A stretch of DNA of 64,000 nucleotides from Syntrophales bacterium (GCA_049521775.1 JBEKOL010000002.1:63942-127941); one strand, 5' to 3'; positions 45,080 through 55,622 are shown, counted from the first letter of the stretch. A program made the numbers and translations. Notes: generated by a model from the letters alone, not told the origin.

Positions 45080-47197
45080 TCATCCCTTCTGAACATCTAA
45101 CAGCCTGAGCATCTCGGTCATATCTGTCGTCTGGTTGTGACAGGCGAAATTCGTGCAGACATAAGCTGTGGCCATATTATTCACATGTTCGAGGTCTTTC
45201 GTAAAAGGCGCTATGTTGACTATATCAGAGGATTCATCCTCCGGAGGGCGAAGAAGAATAACTGCGTTGGGAATAAAATGCTCTCTTAGCCCACGTAACA
45301 TTCGCTCCGTATCATCTTCTTTGGGCCTGCCAGCAACCACGATTTCATAAGATGGATATAGCAAAAAGCCCAGGGCCATCATGAACTGGGTATGGCCCAA
45401 AGGCACTCGGCCGACATAACCCGCAAGGGCGCGGCTGATATCCGCGGCCCGTGCTTCCAGTTCTGTGTTCCCCGTAAGTCTGGAAAGACGGACGAGATTT
45501 AACATGGCAACGGAATTTCCCGAGGGAATGGCGCCGTCATAGCTCTCCTTCTCGCGGATAATCAAATCTTCGCCGTCATCTGGCGTGAAATAGTAGCCGC
45601 CGTGTTCCTTATCCCAGAAGTGTTTCGTTAAATCCGCTTGTAGCCTCAATGCCGTCTTCAGAAATGAAGCATCAAATGACGCCTCGTAACACTCTATCAG
45701 TCCCCAGATCAAAAAGGCATAGTCATCGAGATTGGCCATGATGGCAGACTCTCTCTCGCGGTGCCTGTGATAAAGTCTTCCATCGACCTCACGCATATTA
45801 TCCATGATGAATTTTAAGGAGTTCTGCGCTGCTTTGAGGTAAACCTTGTCACTGAAAACCTGCGCCCCTTTCGCCAGAGCAGCGATCATGAGGCCGTTCC
45901 AGTCCGTCAGGATCTTATCATCTTTGTAGGGACGGACACGTTTGTCACGGGCAGAAAACAGCGAAAGCCGTGCCGCAGAGAGCCTGTGACGGAGCGACTC
46001 TTCTGAAATTCCCAGAGATGGAGCAAGTTCATGGGCGGGCTTCTTGATGTGAAGAATGTTGTGGCCGATCATTTCTCCCGTTAACTGATCGACAAAATTT
46101 CCCGCCTTTTCCACCTGAAACACCTTCATTATCAGCTCCGCTTCGGATGGTCCCAGCAACTCTCTGATCTCGTCTTGTGTCCAGAAGTAGAATTTCCCCT
46201 CTTCACCTTCGCTGTCCGCATCCTCAGCTGAGTAGAAAGCGCCTGACCGCGACTTCATATCTCTAAGTACATAGGCAAATATTTCACAGGCTGTTCTTTT
46301 GAAGAATTCGACTGCCGTCGCCTGATACGCCTCCGTATAGGCCATGGCCAGCAATGCCTGGTCATAAAGCATCTTTTCAAAATGAGGCACCAGCCACCTC
46401 TCATCAGTGCTATACCGATGGAAGCCGAAGCCAACGTGATCATAAATGCCGCCGCAGCGCATGGCACTGAGTGTCCGTACAACCATCTCCAGTGCCTTTG
46501 TCTCACCGTTCCACTTCCAGTAACGCAAGAGAAAGAGCAATTGGTGGGGAGTGGGAAATTTAGGAGCCTGCCCGAATCCCCCATATTTTTCATCATAGAG
46601 TCCCGCGAGCCCTTCGTATGCTTCCCGGATAATATCTTTCGTCAGAGCCTCGCCCCTAATTTCTGACGTCTTCTGGCGCATGGAGAATACTATTTCATCG
46701 GCTGATTTCAAAATGTCATGATAACGTTCTTTCCATATCTCCTTGATTCTGGGCGTCATATCCAGCAGGCCGATTCTGCCGAAGCGGCTTTCCTTGGGAA
46801 TATACGTAGCAGCGAAGAAGGGTTGCCTGTCAGGCGTCATCACAATGGTGAGCGGCCATCCTCCAGCCCCTGTCATCATCTGGCAGGCGTTCATGTAAAC
46901 CTTGTCGATATCGGGCCGCTCTTCACGATCAACCTTGATGCAGACGAAAACATCATTGAGGAGTCTCCCGATTTCCTGATCTTCAAAGGATTCATGGGCC
47001 ATGACGTGGCACCAGTGGCATGTCGAATACCCTATGGAGAGAAAAACTGGCTTATTCTCAGTACGGGCTTTATCAAATGCCTCCCCGCACCATGGGTACC
47101 AGTCAACGGGATTATAGGCGTGCTGGAGCAGATATGGGCTCTTTTCATGGATCAGGCGGTTTGGAATATTGCCGATCGCTTTTTCCGAGGTGCTCAT
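45080..47197 (-). CDS. thioredoxin-domain protein, DUF255/YyaL (SSP411-like) family
   Basis: [22 protein letters not shown]...[16 protein letters not shown]-terminus plus a long (alpha/alpha)6 C-terminal region. It is 705 aa. Confidence 0.88.
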   Translation of the reverse strand: MSTSEKAIGNIPNRLIHEKSPYLLQHAYNPVDWYPWCGEAFDKARTENKPVFLSIGYSTCHWCHVMAHESFEDQEIGRLLNDVFVCIKVDREERPDIDKVYMNACQMMTGAGGWPLTIVMTPDRQPFFAATYIPKESRFGRIGLLDMTPRIKEIWKERYHDILKSADEIVFSMRQKTSEIRGEALTKDIIREAYEGLAGLYDEKYGGFGQAPKFPTPHQLLFLLRYWKWNGETKALEMVVRTLSAMRCGGIYDHVGFGFHRYSTDERWLVPHFEKMLYDQALLAMAYTEAYQATAVEFFKRTACEIFAYVLRDMKSRSGAFYSAEDADSEGEEGKFYFWTQDEIRELLGPSEAELIMKVFQVEKAGNFVDQLTGEMIGHNILHIKKPAHELAPSLGISEESLRHRLSAARLSLFSARDKRVRPYKDDKILTDWNGLMIAALAKGAQVFSDKVYLKAAQNSLKFIMDNMREVDGRLYHRHRERESAIMANLDDYAFLIWGLIECYEASFDASFLKTALRLQADLTKHFWDKEHGGYYFTPDDGEDLIIREKESYDGAIPSGNSVAMLNLVRLSRLTGNTELEARAADISRALAGYVGRVPLGHTQFMMALGFLLYPSYEIVVAGRPKEDDTERMLRGLREHFIPNAVILLRPPEDESSDIVNIAPFTKDLEHVNNMATAYVCTNFACHNQTTDMTEMLRLLDVQKG

Positions 47198-47211
47198 AAA
47201 TGATATTCCTA

Positions 47212-48087
47212 TTATTCCGTGGGTGAAGGAGCTTTCTCCGCATCTTGGTGAATGCGAATGACTTCTGTTGAGACCTTACCGTCCTTCACTCTGACGACAA
47301 TGAAATGATAAGAATGCTCACCAAAAGGAACATTAATATGGAGCGGAGCAGCAGCGCCCCCTGTGATTATATATTTCACGCCCTTTACTTCATCCTGAGC
47401 ATAGAGATGCAGGTGGCTGAAAAAAGCCACGGATACTTTCTGTTCCGACACGATCTGCTTGAGCCTGTCTGCCCCCTTCGTGAAGCAGTGTTTGTGTTGC
47501 CATCTCTGGGTTTCCGGCGGTATATGCATAATTACAAATTTATATTTCCTTTTTGCCGTCAGTTGTTCCTCCAGGTATTGCAGCTGCGTCGGAGTCAACT
47601 CATACAGAGAGTTGTCAAGGGCGACAATCCGCATGCTGAGTTTCTTCAAATCCAAAACATAATTTAGCGGGCCTATCTTTTCCTGAAATATTTGTTTGCC
47701 ATGCGGACTCTTGACATTGTTCGTCAGTTCATGATTGCCAATGACCACAAAGATCGGCGTGTCGGGCAAAGAGCTTTCCGCTATATCGAGAAAGTGGTTA
47801 AATTTTTTCTCCCTGCCTGTAAAGACTGTGTCCCCGCCGTGCAGGATGAAAAGAGGCCTCAGTTTGCCCGCCGCAGAAAGTATTTTCTTGAATATTTCAT
47901 CATTGTCCCTGCTATCGCCCAGAACGACAAACATAAAATCATCGGGCAACGTAGTCTGAAGATTGCTTTCAAGTTTCTGTAGCGATCGTTCGTAGAGGGT
48001 CGATGAATAACTCGCCAAGGGCCAAGCGATGCCAAGCACAATAAGGGGCAATACTAATAGGAAAATCAAATGGCAGCGGCGTGGCAT
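47212..48087 (-). CDS. secreted calcineurin-like metallophosphoesterase
   Basis: Signal peptide, [15 protein letters not shown] and GNHE motifs. Confidence 0.8.
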   Translation of the reverse strand: MPRRCHLIFLLVLPLIVLGIAWPLASYSSTLYERSLQKLESNLQTTLPDDFMFVVLGDSRDNDEIFKKILSAAGKLRPLFILHGGDTVFTGREKKFNHFLDIAESSLPDTPIFVVIGNHELTNNVKSPHGKQIFQEKIGPLNYVLDLKKLSMRIVALDNSLYELTPTQLQYLEEQLTAKRKYKFVIMHIPPETQRWQHKHCFTKGADRLKQIVSEQKVSVAFFSHLHLYAQDEVKGVKYIITGGAAAPLHINVPFGEHSYHFIVVRVKDGKVSTEVIRIHQDAEKAPSPTE

Positions 48088-48220
48088 TATTATTGTTCAA
48101 ACCTCGCAAATACCGATATAGAAATAAGGACAGCGCCCATAGTTGTATCCGTACATCTGGTCCAGAAGGGGTATCCCGGAGCGCGGCTGGACCCGCAGAC
48201 AAGGAATCGTGTGGAAGATT

Positions 48221-50272
48221 TTACTTCATCAATGCCTCTGCAGCCTGAACTACATGTTCTGCGGTAACGCCGAATTTTTCATAGAGAACTTTATAAGGTG
48301 CGCTGGCGCCGAAGCTGTCCATTCCCACAACTGCTCCATCGAGTCCCACATAGTGCTCCCAGCCAAGTTTTATTCCTGCCTCCACGGCAACTCTGACTTT
48401 GACGTCCGGAGGCAGTACATGATTGCGATATTCGGATGGTTGACTATCAAAGATTCTCCAGCTCGGAAGAGATACAACCCTTACACGAAAGTCAGACGAC
48501 AGACGTTTCCCCGCTTCCAGGGTGATCGATACTTCTGACCCGGTTCCGATCAGGATCATATCGGGCTTGCCGGGAGCTGATTCCCAGAGGATGTACCCGC
48601 CGCGCCGGAGACCGCCAGCAGGTGCAAGCTCGGTCCGGCTCAGGACTGGCAGATTCTGACGGGTAAAGATCAGCGCAGTAGGGCCATCATGTTTAAGGAG
48701 CGCGGCCTTCCAGGCCTCTACAGACTCGCCGGCATCTGCGGGCCGGATCACTGTTAGATTTGGCACCGCCCGCAAATTCATAATCTGCTCAATAGGTTGA
48801 TGTGTCGGTCCATCTTCACCGAGACCGATGCTGTCATGCGTAAAAACATAAATGACCCTAAGACCCATGAGGGCTGCCAGACGCATGGGCGGACGCATGT
48901 AATCGGAGAAGGTTAAGAACGTAGCCGTATATGGGATAAACCCTCCATGGATGGCCATGCCGGATGCGATAGCACCCATGGCATGTTCACGCACGCCGAA
49001 ATGGATATTGCGACCTGTGTAACCCCAACCACCGCCGACAGCTCCCTGTGTATCTCCCTGCGGTGTATCGGGTTTTTGAAAATCACCAAACCCTTTAAGC
49101 CATGTGAAGGTGGATGGGTTGAGGTCTGCCGAGCCGCCCATAAGTTCCGGCAACAGGGGAGCGAGGCTCTGCATGATAGTCTCAGATGCCTTGCGGGTCG
49201 CTATATCCGTGCATCCCTCCGGATACACAGGAAGCTTTAATTCCCACCCGTCGGGAAGATTTCCTTTCATGACGCGTAGGAATTCCGCGGCTAAATCGGG
49301 AAAATCATCGCTGTAACGTTTGAGGGCCCTCTCCCATTTGGCCTCCCATGTGCGGCCCCGTTTGATGGATTTATGAAACTGGGAAAGAACATCATCAGGA
49401 ATGTAAAAGGCGGGTTCCGCTGGCCAGCCGAGGGATTTCTTTGCTGCCAATAACTCTTCTGCGCCGAGTGGCGAACCGTGGGCTTCAAACGTCCCCTGTT
49501 TATGGGGCGCCCCATAACCTATGATGGTCCGAACGAAAACAATCGAAGGACGCGACTTTTGAGCCCTTGCCTTTCTTACGGCACGATCAATTGAGGGAAC
49601 GTCATTCCCGTTCTCCACATGTCCCACGTGCCAACCATACGCCTTGAACCGCTTTCCGGCATCTTCGGTAAAAGTCAGTGACGTCGCTCCGGCAAGAGAA
49701 ATGCGATTGTCGTCATACAGGACTATAAGCTTGCCGAGACCGAGGTGCCCAGCGAGGGAACATGCTTCGGAAGTGACGCCTTCCATCAGATCGCCGTCGC
49801 TGGCAAAAACGTACGTGAAGTGGTCGATAATCTTATGACCGGGTCGATTGTATCTAGCTTCAAGGTGTGCTTCCGCAATAGCCATACCAACTGCGTTGCT
49901 AAGGCCCTGGCCGAGAGGTCCTGTGGTTACTTCAACGCCGGGCGCGCAGTGGCGTTCCGGGTGACCGGGCGTTCTGCTTTCCCATTGACGAAACGACTCC
50001 AAATCGGAAAGAGACAAGTCATAGCCGGTAAGATGGAGCATGGCATAGAGGAGCATTGACGCATGTCCTGCAGAGAGAACAAAGCGGTCCCGGTCGCTCC
50101 ACATGGGATTTGCCGGATTGTGTTTCAAGTGTCGCATCCAGAGTGTATAAGCCATTGCCGCTGCAGCCATGGGCATGCCTGGATGCCCTGAGTTGGCCTT
50201 CTCCACAGCATCGGCGGCCAGAAAGCGTATGGTGTTTATGCATTTTTCCTCGAATGATCTATCGTCGGCCAT
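48221..50272 (-). CDS. tkt: transketolase
   Basis: [19 protein letters not shown], the TPP motif SDGDLMEGV, and [16 protein letters not shown]. It is 683 aa. Confidence 0.95.
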   Translation of the reverse strand: MADDRSFEEKCINTIRFLAADAVEKANSGHPGMPMAAAAMAYTLWMRHLKHNPANPMWSDRDRFVLSAGHASMLLYAMLHLTGYDLSLSDLESFRQWESRTPGHPERHCAPGVEVTTGPLGQGLSNAVGMAIAEAHLEARYNRPGHKIIDHFTYVFASDGDLMEGVTSEACSLAGHLGLGKLIVLYDDNRISLAGATSLTFTEDAGKRFKAYGWHVGHVENGNDVPSIDRAVRKARAQKSRPSIVFVRTIIGYGAPHKQGTFEAHGSPLGAEELLAAKKSLGWPAEPAFYIPDDVLSQFHKSIKRGRTWEAKWERALKRYSDDFPDLAAEFLRVMKGNLPDGWELKLPVYPEGCTDIATRKASETIMQSLAPLLPELMGGSADLNPSTFTWLKGFGDFQKPDTPQGDTQGAVGGGWGYTGRNIHFGVREHAMGAIASGMAIHGGFIPYTATFLTFSDYMRPPMRLAALMGLRVIYVFTHDSIGLGEDGPTHQPIEQIMNLRAVPNLTVIRPADAGESVEAWKAALLKHDGPTALIFTRQNLPVLSRTELAPAGGLRRGGYILWESAPGKPDMILIGTGSEVSITLEAGKRLSSDFRVRVVSLPSWRIFDSQPSEYRNHVLPPDVKVRVAVEAGIKLGWEHYVGLDGAVVGMDSFGASAPYKVLYEKFGVTAEHVVQAAEALMK

Positions 50273-50369
50273 TTTATATCTCCTGGTAAATTATTTGCGG
50301 AATAACCCTTTGCCTTTTGCTTAGGGCAAACTCAGTAATAGCAGCATATGAAGATCAGTTAGTTTGATT

Positions 50370-50442
50370 GTCATTTCGGGCAACACGAGAAATCATTGGC
50401 TAATGATTTGCTATAAAGATTTCTCCCTGCAGTCGAAATGAC
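50370..50442. repeat. nested-hairpin palindromic element (REP/MITE-like), best-preserved copy
   Basis: The outer helix is GTCATTTCG (50370-50378) with CGAAATGAC (50434-50442). The inner helix is GAGAAATC (50387-50394) with GATTTCTC (50418-50425). An internal loop separates the two helices. Confidence 0.65.
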
Positions 50443-50689
50443 ACCAATCGGTTGCGATGACAAAAAATTTTATAACGCCTTGTTGGTCATCAAGATTATT
50501 TCAAGCAACAAATAAGGAAATAAATTCTTCAGCTTCTGAGTTTATATACTAACATAAACGGCAAGACAAGAAGATTAGAAGCACAAAAACTTGACAAAGC
50601 CGTCCTTTTTCAATAAAAAATGGTTCAGACGGTATGATAGGCTAAGAACAGAAAATGACAAATTCCCTCAGCGGGTTGCATATCCTCGC

Positions 50690-51409
50690 ATGTCCATAAC
50701 AATTAAAAATTTATCCAAATTTTACGGAAAGACGGAAGCCCTTTCGGAGATCAATCTGAACATCCGGTCCGGTGAATCTGTCGGCCTCGTAGGTCTTAAT
50801 GACGCAGGGAAAACTACGCTGCTGAAAATAATTGTCGGGCTTATTGTCAACTTCGATGGAGACGTTCTGATAAATGACCTGGCAGCCACTAACAGGGTGG
50901 CAAGACTAAACACATCTTTTCTACCTGAGGATTTTTCTCCGCCGCTTTATCTCACCGGGTATGACTTCGTTTCTTACATGCTACGCCTCTGCGGCGGGCG
51001 TTTGAATCAAAGCGAGGTCGACGAATTCGCCAACATACTTGAACTGCAAGTGAATGTGTTGTCACAACCGATAAGAACCTATTCAAAGAGTGTGCGTCAA
51101 AAACTCGGCTTGCTGACAGCCATACTGCCTCATACGGAAATCATCATTCTTGACGAACCTTTGAGCGGACTTGATCCAGGAGCGCGGGCAGCCGTTAAGG
51201 ACGCATTCAGCACGCTCCGGAAAAAAGGAAAGACACTCTTGTTCTCTTCACACATATTAACAGACCTTGAAGAAATAGCGGACAGATTGGTTATCATCCA
51301 CGAAGGGAGGGAGATCTTCGACGGCAATCCGGAAAAACTGAGGTCACACGGCGGATGCACCCTCGATGATGCATTTCTTCTCGCGATCCGTTCAATCCGG
51401 ACGCCGTAG
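50690..51409 (+). CDS. ABC transporter ATP-binding protein
   Basis: Walker A GLNDAGKTT, Walker B IIILDEP, an H-loop SSH, and a degenerate signature motif (YSKSVRQ). I prefer the ATG at 50690 (MSITIKNLSKFYG) over the ORF-track TTG at 50591. Confidence 0.85.
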   Translation: MSITIKNLSKFYGKTEALSEINLNIRSGESVGLVGLNDAGKTTLLKIIVGLIVNFDGDVLINDLAATNRVARLNTSFLPEDFSPPLYLTGYDFVSYMLRLCGGRLNQSEVDEFANILELQVNVLSQPIRTYSKSVRQKLGLLTAILPHTEIIILDEPLSGLDPGARAAVKDAFSTLRKKGKTLLFSSHILTDLEEIADRLVIIHEGREIFDGNPEKLRSHGGCTLDDAFLLAIRSIRTP

Positions 51410-51412
51410 AAA

Positions 51413-52180
51413 ATGAGCGTGTTATCTATGAACAGGATCGGCATCGTATCCATTTACACTCTTCAAGAGGTGAGGAGGGACAGATTATTCTGGGGATTTG
51501 TACCACTAATGCTCTTTGTAGTTGCCCTTACCTTCTGTATGAGAGGAACCAGTATAGTTGCCGGCGCGGAAGCCTTCAACCGTTCATACATTGCTCTGAG
51601 CGCTTTGGCCGCCACTATTTATATTGTTCTTCTCGTTGTAAGTTCAATGCATCGGGAGATTGATTCAAAGTCAATTTACATGGTGATTACGAAACCATTA
51701 GCCAGGCATGAATATATTCTCGGTAAATTCATGGCCTTTTCCCTGATTTCCGCAGGGATAATCATTATATTTTTTGCAGGCGCTCTCGTATTTGAAGTGG
51801 GGCCGTTAAAACCCCTTGCCGTTCATTACATTCTATGCTTCTTCGAACAAATAGTAATTATTATGGCTGCCCTGGCGATTACGCTTGGATTGCGATCCCT
51901 TCCGTTTTCCCTTCTCGCGGTCGCCGGTTTTTATATTATAGGACACAGTACAAAAAAGATGGTTGATATCGGCATGAATATGGTTTCCGCATGGGTTCCT
52001 GCCCTCAAGATTTTCTATTATCTCTTTCCTTCTCTGAGCCTCTTTAGCGCCCAGGCGGCTGTGCTGGAACAGGGGCCTGTCTCTTGGACAGATGTCCTTT
52101 TCCCTACGGGTTACGCCGTTGTTTACCTTGCCATTCTCTTTCTCATAATTGTCATCGATATCAGGAAGAGAGATTTTTAA
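51413..52180 (+). CDS. ABC-2-type transporter permease
   Basis: A 6-TM, 255-aa protein starting 3 nt after the ATPase gene. Confidence 0.7.
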   Translation: MSVLSMNRIGIVSIYTLQEVRRDRLFWGFVPLMLFVVALTFCMRGTSIVAGAEAFNRSYIALSALAATIYIVLLVVSSMHREIDSKSIYMVITKPLARHEYILGKFMAFSLISAGIIIIFFAGALVFEVGPLKPLAVHYILCFFEQIVIIMAALAITLGLRSLPFSLLAVAGFYIIGHSTKKMVDIGMNMVSAWVPALKIFYYLFPSLSLFSAQAAVLEQGPVSWTDVLFPTGYAVVYLAILFLIIVIDIRKRDF

Positions 52181-52861
52181 ATGCCCGCAAAAAAGGACAT
52201 TTTCAAGAAGGTTCTTTTGCCGTGTGCGCTCCTGATCCTCCTAGCTCTTCATGCCCTTCTTGTGGATGTGGGATGGAAGGGCAGCGCAACAAAAAATCAA
52301 TACAAGGCGGTTCCCAAACTGAATCTTTCCTGGATGAAGCTTATATCCCTTGACCAGGATAGATTTGCGAGCCTGCTCCTTTCGCTCTACCTTCTTTCTG
52401 CCGTTCCTGCTGATTGTTATGAGTGGGACTATAAGGGCATGTTGTCTTACATGCGTGTGATCACGAGGCTCGACCCATACAACAAAGGTCCCTTTTTCTT
52501 TGCCGTATATTATATGAGTTACAGGACAGATTCTGATGGACGATTAATTCTTAATTATTTGGAGGAAGCGCAGGATAAATTCCCCGATGACTGGAAGCTC
52601 CCCTGGCAGGTCTCTTACTTGGCGAAAATCAGATTTAAAGATAACGATCTTGCGTATCACTACGCCCTGAAAGCTGCACATTCGCCCTATGCCCCGCCTA
52701 TCATAAAGATAATGCCTGCAATTCTGAAACGGAATCTTGGAGATAAGAAATCAGCTTTTGCTTATCTGACTATTTTACGAGACCATTCAAAGGATCCCAA
52801 AGAGATAGAGGCAATAGACGAAGAACTTCAAAGGTTAAGCTCAGGAAGCCTCCGCAAATAA
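52181..52861 (+). CDS. membrane-anchored helical-repeat (TPR-like) protein
   Basis: Its ATG directly abuts the permease stop (TAAATG). An N-terminal TM anchor is followed by helical repeats. No family was assigned. Confidence 0.55.
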   Translation: MPAKKDIFKKVLLPCALLILLALHALLVDVGWKGSATKNQYKAVPKLNLSWMKLISLDQDRFASLLLSLYLLSAVPADCYEWDYKGMLSYMRVITRLDPYNKGPFFFAVYYMSYRTDSDGRLILNYLEEAQDKFPDDWKLPWQVSYLAKIRFKDNDLAYHYALKAAHSPYAPPIIKIMPAILKRNLGDKKSAFAYLTILRDHSKDPKEIEAIDEELQRLSSGSLRK

Positions 52862-53024
52862 GCCGCGACTCATTGTACACGTCCCGCCGTTTATCCGCAC
52901 CTTTGAAAAACTCTGGACATCCTATGAAAAGTGTGAGCATATATAGCAAGCTATTGCTTCTATTCCTTACTACGGCAAGAGATTCTGAATAGAATTGTTT
53001 TAACCAAAATAGGAGGCCAAGACC

Positions 53025-53225
53025 ATGTTAGAAGGTCTTTTTCAGCCAATGCATCTTCTGGTGATATTGGTAATTGTTCTGATTATCTTCGGACCGGGAA
53101 AACTTCCTGAACTGGGAAACTCAATCGGCAAGGCCATAAAAGGTTTCAAGAAGGCTATGGCGGAGCCGGACGAGAAGCCGGGCGATACTTCAGAAGGCAA
53201 GAAGATCGAAGATAAGAAGGAATGA
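53025..53225 (+). CDS. tatA: twin-arginine translocase TatA/E family protein
   Basis: LLVILVIVLIIFGPGKLPELGNSIGKAIKGFKKAM is the TatA TM plus amphipathic-helix signature. GGAGG RBS. Confidence 0.9.
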   Translation: MLEGLFQPMHLLVILVIVLIIFGPGKLPELGNSIGKAIKGFKKAMAEPDEKPGDTSEGKKIEDKKE

Positions 53226-53244
53226 ACAATATAACCGGGTCTCC

Positions 53245-53961
53245 TTGATGAACGGACGCCTAGCCTTCAGAACTTTAATCCTTCTCGTATTTATTATTCT
53301 CTCGACCTATCTCTTCATCCACTATGATCTTTATGTTTACTTCGCCAGTCAGCGGAGGGCTATCACCCTCATTGACTCCTTTCATCCGTATGATGAACTC
53401 GTCTTCATTGGCCTCCAGATCCTGCAGGTGGTAGCAGCTCCGATACCCGGCGAAGTAACTGGTCTTATCGGCGGATATATTTACGGCGCCTGCATGGGTA
53501 CGGTTTATTCCACCATTGGCCTTACTATCGGTTCCTGGATCGCCTTTGCACTTGCAAGGTTCTTTGGTCTGCCCCTTGTGGAAAAAGCCGTAAAGCCCGC
53601 GATTATTAAAAAGTACGATTACTTTCTGGAACACCGCGGTCTCTTCGTTTCTTTCCTTTTATTTCTTATCCCCGGTTTTCCGAAGGACTATCTATGCTAC
53701 ATGATGGGTGTGAGCCATATGAAGACGTGGCATTTCCTGGGCATTTCAACAGCTGGGCGTTTGCTCGGGACCATCTTGCTCTCCGTGAGCGGCAGTTGCG
53801 CCCGCAACAATCAATACATAGAACTCCTGTTAATTGCCGGTGTCAGCTGCCTTCTGCTCGTGATCGCATACTTTTACCGTGACAAACTGCTGGAAACATT
53901 GAAAAGCAAGCAAGTAACATCAGAAACACCCGAGAAACCGGACGATAATCAGCACCAGTAA
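53245..53961 (+). CDS. TVP38/TMEM64 (DedA-related) family membrane protein
   Basis: Motifs PIPGEVTGLIGGYIYG and LIPGFPKDYLCYMMG. The start could be the ATG at 53248. Confidence 0.8.
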   Translation: MMNGRLAFRTLILLVFIILSTYLFIHYDLYVYFASQRRAITLIDSFHPYDELVFIGLQILQVVAAPIPGEVTGLIGGYIYGACMGTVYSTIGLTIGSWIAFALARFFGLPLVEKAVKPAIIKKYDYFLEHRGLFVSFLLFLIPGFPKDYLCYMMGVSHMKTWHFLGISTAGRLLGTILLSVSGSCARNNQYIELLLIAGVSCLLLVIAYFYRDKLLETLKSKQVTSETPEKPDDNQHQ

Positions 53962-54018
53962 AAAAATCAGAAAAAACCAAAGAAACTTAGTCACCAGTCA
54001 AGGAAATATCCTTAATAC

Positions 54019-54047
54019 TTGACACGCAGTCTTTCTTCCCCTATCCT
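54019..54047 (+). promoter_or_regulatory. sigma-70-type promoter candidate
   Basis: TTGACA, a 17-nt spacer, then TATCCT, about 45 nt upstream of the small basic ORF. Confidence 0.45.
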
Positions 54048-54090
54048 CACCACGATCGCAAGTTCATCCCAATAAAGACAAGGAGGCATT

Positions 54091-54216
54091 ATGGGCGGAC
54101 ACAAGAAGATCGAGCGTAAGAAAGAACTAGACCGAAGGCGGCGAAGACGAAAGAAGAGTCTGAAGCTTAGAGCAAAAGAACAGGCGCAGTCGAAACCGGC
54201 GCATAAAGCGAAATAA
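54091..54216 (+). CDS. small highly basic protein (41 aa, below the ORF-track cutoff)
   Basis: My own translation is MGGHKKIERKKELDRRRRRRKKSLKLRAKEQAQSKPAHKAK. AAGGAGG RBS 5 nt upstream, and a promoter-like element further upstream. Confidence 0.5.
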   Translation: MGGHKKIERKKELDRRRRRRKKSLKLRAKEQAQSKPAHKAK

Positions 54217-54226
54217 AATACAGATC

Positions 54227-54453
54227 ATGGGATTATCTAAAAGACACATCGGCCTTGCACTCAGAGGCGGTGGGGCCCATGGGCTGTAGAAACTGTAAGG
54301 GAATGCGAAAGACTTCTGTTTGATGGTGGCGTCATCAGCATGATACCCGTTAAGATTGCGAGGAAAGAAGGGACCGGCATTGTAACAGCCGCGGCGATTT
54401 ATCGTGGCATGCAAAGCTACGAAGGATTAAAGACAGTAAAAGATATATTCTAG
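54227..54453 (+). pseudogene. patatin-like phospholipase remnant (internal deletion and frame change)
   Basis: Frame A (54227-54289) reads MGLSKRHIGLALRGGGAHGL*, which carries the oxyanion GGGxxG motif. Frame B (to the TAG at 54451-54453) reads LFDGGVISMIPVKIARKEGTGIVTAAAIY, the catalytic DGG block. The GxSxG nucleophile region between them is missing. Confidence 0.6.
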
Positions 54454-54673
54454 AACTTCTGAGATAACTTCCGCTGAATTGGAAAAGATGGGTGCGGATA
54501 TTGTTAAGGATCCTTCGTAAAACAGGTACACTGGGCAAGTTTTCATCTGATAAGGGAAAGCGAAAAAGCAGCCTCAGCAATGCTTTCCCGTGTCCAATAG
54601 ACGATCATTTTTTAAAACGCGGATCAACTTGATTAAGACTGTTAGGAACTCTCAGGCAATACGAAGATTAGTA

Positions 54674-54907
54674 TTAAGACCAACTGCTCTGGTTACTTTT
54701 ATGCAGAGATACGCAGTCTTCCCTCCACAAGCATGAAAGTTCCTGACAATATTCCACCCTGACCGTGCCGAAGCATTCGATATTATTTTCCGCCCTCTGA
54801 ATTGCCAGGATCATATCATGTTTCTTCATCTGATACGTATTGATCCCCATTTTTTTTGCCATTTTTTGGATTTCGCTGTACTTCAACTTTATTGTCCCTC
54901 CTCTCAT
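54674..54907 (-). CDS. small Rho_N/SAP-like domain protein with C-terminal Cys cluster
   Basis: YSEIQKMAKKMGINTYQMKKHDMILAIQRAE resembles the Rho-N/SAP helix-extended-helix. The C-terminal region has a cysteine cluster: ECFG...YCQELSCLWREDC. The start is uncertain (ATG 54907 or an internal TTG after GGAGGG). Confidence 0.55.
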   Translation of the reverse strand: MRGGTIKLKYSEIQKMAKKMGINTYQMKKHDMILAIQRAENNIECFGTVRVEYCQELSCLWREDCVSLHKSNQSSWS

Positions 54908-54974
54908 TACCGCAAGCGATACAACTGGAGAATTCACTCTGCAAGTCTGTTGCATCAAAGTCTAGCGGCGAATC

Positions 54975-55622
54975 TCATGGTACCGCAACAACAATGATAT
55001 GGTAAACAGAGGACCAGGTCAGAGGCTTGGCGATGGTCTTGCCTCCCAGCTGGGCCGCCAAACGCTGCGCTTCTTTCTTATAGTCTGAAGCAAAATAGAT
55101 CGTATTCACTGTATAATCCGTCCGCGTTGCCGTCCCTATGTCTGCAACTCTGTAACCCATCCCGATAAGCTTCTTTGACACTTGTCTTGCAGTGGGTAAT
55201 TTGCCATTGCCGCTTAAAACCTTTATCTTAAGATTTTTGAGACTCGTCTCTTTTCCTTCCACAGCCTGTTTTTCATCTGCTGATTTCTTCATTTCATCTC
55301 TCTTGGAGATATCGACTTCCTTGACCTGCTCTTTTTTGCCATTGTCGGAAACAGTGGTCTCTTTCTCTTTGGAGGAGCCCGTCTCGCCTGCCACGGAACT
55401 ATCTTTCGTGGCAGTTTCCGCCTCTTTCATCTTTTGCACCTCTGACTTCAACAAAGTCAGTTCCTTATTTACAGCTGCCATCTGCTCGTTGAGCTGGGCT
55501 ATGGATGCCTTGGACCTTTGCAATTCCTCCGTGGAATTTCTACCGGAAATATCTAATGCTGTGCAGCCTGAAGTCGCCAAACAAAATACCAGGGTGAACA
55601 TACATAACATTCTCAAATACAT
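54975..55622 (-). CDS. LytR_C (LytR/CpsA/Psr C-terminal) domain lipoprotein with coiled-coil linker
   Basis: Lipobox LATSGC, a K/E-rich coiled coil, and a C-terminal IKVLSGNGKLPTARQVSKKLIGMGYRVADIG...YFASDY. Its ATG overlaps the glk stop (TAATG). Confidence 0.75.
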   Translation of the reverse strand: MYLRMLCMFTLVFCLATSGCTALDISGRNSTEELQRSKASIAQLNEQMAAVNKELTLLKSEVQKMKEAETATKDSSVAGETGSSKEKETTVSDNGKKEQVKEVDISKRDEMKKSADEKQAVEGKETSLKNLKIKVLSGNGKLPTARQVSKKLIGMGYRVADIGTATRTDYTVNTIYFASDYKKEAQRLAAQLGGKTIAKPLTWSSVYHIIVVAVP

